From NCBI RefSeq assembly GCF_018977255.1, contig NW_024704743.1:5458001-5522000 (forward strand): a stretch of 64,000 bases of DNA. The letters run 5' to 3'. The position numbers and the translations under genes were made by a program. Positions 61,401-64,000 of this stretch are shown piece by piece. The first letter of the stretch is position 1, and the number at the start of each line of letters is the position of its first letter. Under the pieces are notes generated by a model. The model saw nothing but the letters and a program-made list of their open reading frames with translations, did no database searches and had not been told where the DNA came from. The stretch is from Callorhinchus milii (lineage: Eukaryota).

Positions 61401-64000
61401 ACCTTGATTGACTCATTCAAAGGAAATCTTTGCATGTTGAAGTAAATTGTTGCATGTTTCCATTCCTGCATGATTTCCCCTCATTTCGTAGCTTGAAGAT
61501 TTTCATTCTGATGCTGGTGGTTGCGCTCAATAGTCAGCGAATATAGTTTTAGTTTGTTAAACTTCAGCAGCACCCGAACACACCTTGGGGTCCCGAGTCT
61601 TGGCTATTGCCAAACTGTGCGTAATACTCTTCAGAATTAGGTAAGCAGGGTGACTCCCTCCTGGGAGAGAGTACACGTTCCAAACAACAACAAATTACAT
61701 TTGTTTAGCGCCTTTCACGTCAGGAGAACGTCCCAAAGTGCTGGAAAGTAAGGTATTTGGGCCTTAGCTGGGGGTTGGGGACAGAAGGGATGGAAGCTAT
61801 GGGTAGGAGGGTGACCGAAGGCATGGTAGAACAGGAGGATCTTGAGACGGACCACGAAGGAGGCAAGGGATAGAGCGAGGGATAGGTCTTTCTGGGAAAA
61901 GGGAAATGTCCACGTGTAGGTGGCATACATATCTGATTGGGATATTCTTAAGTGCTAGGTTTCCAAATAAACCCAGCTAACCTCATAAAATGTATGCATG
62001 ATCTCCACTTCCCAGTTTTGAAGGAAAGGAGCATTAAACAGGTGCCAATGTTTACAAGTCATGTCCTCTTGCTTCCTACTTTTGCCTAGTTCAGAACAGT
62101 CCCTAGCTGATGGGGTGGGGTGGGGGCGGGTTAGTCTTGAAATGGGCATTTTTGTGCCCATCAAGGAAGGCAAATAAATTCCTACTTCAGTTCCAGTGTC
62201 AGTGGAGGCCAAAGGCATCAAAACTCCACTGGGCACAGATAGAATTGGGCAATAATGAAATGACAACTACACAGAAATATATGGCGAATTGTTTGGGTTC
62301 TATGTTATTAAGCATGTAAGAAGTTGACTTGGCCATGGATATAGCTCAACGTGTTAGTCCTTACATTAATAGTGAGGTGCCAGTCTCCTTTTAGGAGCTA
62401 TTTATAGTTCCTGAGGAAACTAAGCACTTAGGCATTTCAAGTTCATTGTGTGAGCTCTCCAGATGATGAATATTTAATGTAATTACCAACACTATTTAAT
62501 TTATTGAAATGTTTAAGTGGCTGTAGAATAAATGAGATGGCAACCAGATTACAGAATCCATTATTGGGTATATTTATTCAAGCACGGAAAGAAAATAAAT
62601 GGATATGTGTGCCTAAAGATGAACGTCTGTAAATTAGTTATGGTGTCACCTGAATGCATCATGTGTAACTTACAGGAGTCAGATTTCACTGTGCTTTTGT
62701 GTGAACCAATGTGTTCGGCAGTGGAGTGTATCCAGTATTAGCTCTACAGCAGCTAACTTGCTTTCTGCAGAAACTGTCAATGCATTGCATTCTCCCTATT
62801 TGCTTCTCTTTAATAAAAAAAAACCTTCCACTTGGAGATTCACTGCCACTGTTATTCTGGCGTTTTGTGCTCGTCCCTCGCACCCTCCGCCCCATCGTCG
62901 GAGGTCTCGCTTTCAGCCACTCCGCCCCGAAACTCTGGAAAACTCTCCCTCAATCCCTTCGCCCTGCCCCCTCTCTCCCCTTTTTCAAGTCCTGCCTGAA
63001 AACTTTTCTCTTTGACTGTACTGACGGATACCTCCCCCCCCACCGGCTTGCAGTCAGGTTCCGCCACTGTTAATCATTCTTGAGATGCAACCCTGCATGG
63101 AGGGCGCTGGATAAGTGCAAGTTGTTGTTGTTGATGTGTAGATTTTAAGTGCTCCAACCTTGTGGACAATTGTTTGGACTACAAAAATAATAATAATAAT
63201 AATGTACCTTGGATTTGATATAGCGCGTTACCACATCTTCGAGACATCTTTGAGAAAATAATTCCTGATGGTTAAAAAAAGAGGCTGCAGCACCTTAAAT
63301 AAAAAAAAGTTTTGTTTTTGTTTGTTATTCTGCAATTGTTAAGACGGGAGACTTGAAGCAGGGCGAAGGGAGATAATGTAGTGAACAGTATATTATTGAT
63401 ATTTTGGGGGTCTCTTAAGCAATTGTTAAAGCCAGAAGCTCAATGTAATTTCTTGTGATTCAATTGAACACTGCTTTTCATCACTGTTGATACTGTTTTG
63501 CTTATAATGGGGGAGGAGAGAATGCTTTATTCCCTGATACCCTCCAAAGATTTGCTACCACGCTGAACACAGCTTTGCACCCTTTTCTCTAATCCCTTCA
63601 ATCACTTGCCTCTGAGCTAATCTGATAAAACCTCAGTTAACATGAAACGTAATGATTTAATTTGACTATTTTGCATATACTATAAATATGGTTGTACCAT
63701 GCCAGCAATGCTTCTTGTGTGCTTATTTGTAATTTAATCAATTGACTGAATGATACCTGGACTAATGTGAAACCAATGGGGTTGTCTCAGAGATCTTAAA
63801 GTAGAAATGAACAACGTGCCCTGCTTAAAATAAGGAATACACAACACCTTATCTTTGAATTATTTGTTTTTTGTTCCAACTCCTGGTGTTGTTAAGAATG
63901 GCTTTAACTATTTGTCTTGCTTAGGTATACGTTACGTGCAATTAAAGAGAACAGCATCTTCTCACATCTGCAACTCTGTCCAGTTGTTTCCACTCAATAT

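Noticed and set aside
46000..64000. Divergent neighbour gene (WDR60/DYNC2I1 flanks ESYT2 in mammals)
   Set aside because: No recognisable exon or second CpG island found by eye.

Overview
Vertebrate genomic DNA, repeat-dense and mostly non-coding. The repeat content (Deu-domain tRNA SINEs, LF-SINE-like copy, L2 and CR1 LINEs) suggests a cartilaginous fish, possibly a chimaera; this is inference. The only host coding sequence I can support is coding exon 1 of extended synaptotagmin-2 (ESYT2; minus strand, 42054-42467) inside a CpG-island promoter. I did not find exon 2 (VHFPDxERAEWLNK-like), so 1-42053 is probably part of a >42-kb intron 1, and 42.9-64 kb is upstream intergenic DNA. Nearly all other ORF-track entries are LINE/transposon remnants or chance ORFs. 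Highlights: (i) three copies of a 150-220-bp non-autonomous retroelement carrying minimal Penelope-type hammerhead ribozyme motifs, each flanked by a 14-bp target-site duplication; (ii) a second, unclassified repeat family with a degenerate type III hammerhead-like fold and inverted/internal copies of its end; (iii) a CRE-like promoter repeat array split by an L2 insertion; (iv) a co-oriented CTCF motif cluster; (v) SINE subfamilies whose 3' tail tracks the L2 tail, plus an inverted SINE pair; (vi) two solo LTRs and several short locally templated insertions. Repeat boundaries are approximate unless a TSD is quoted.
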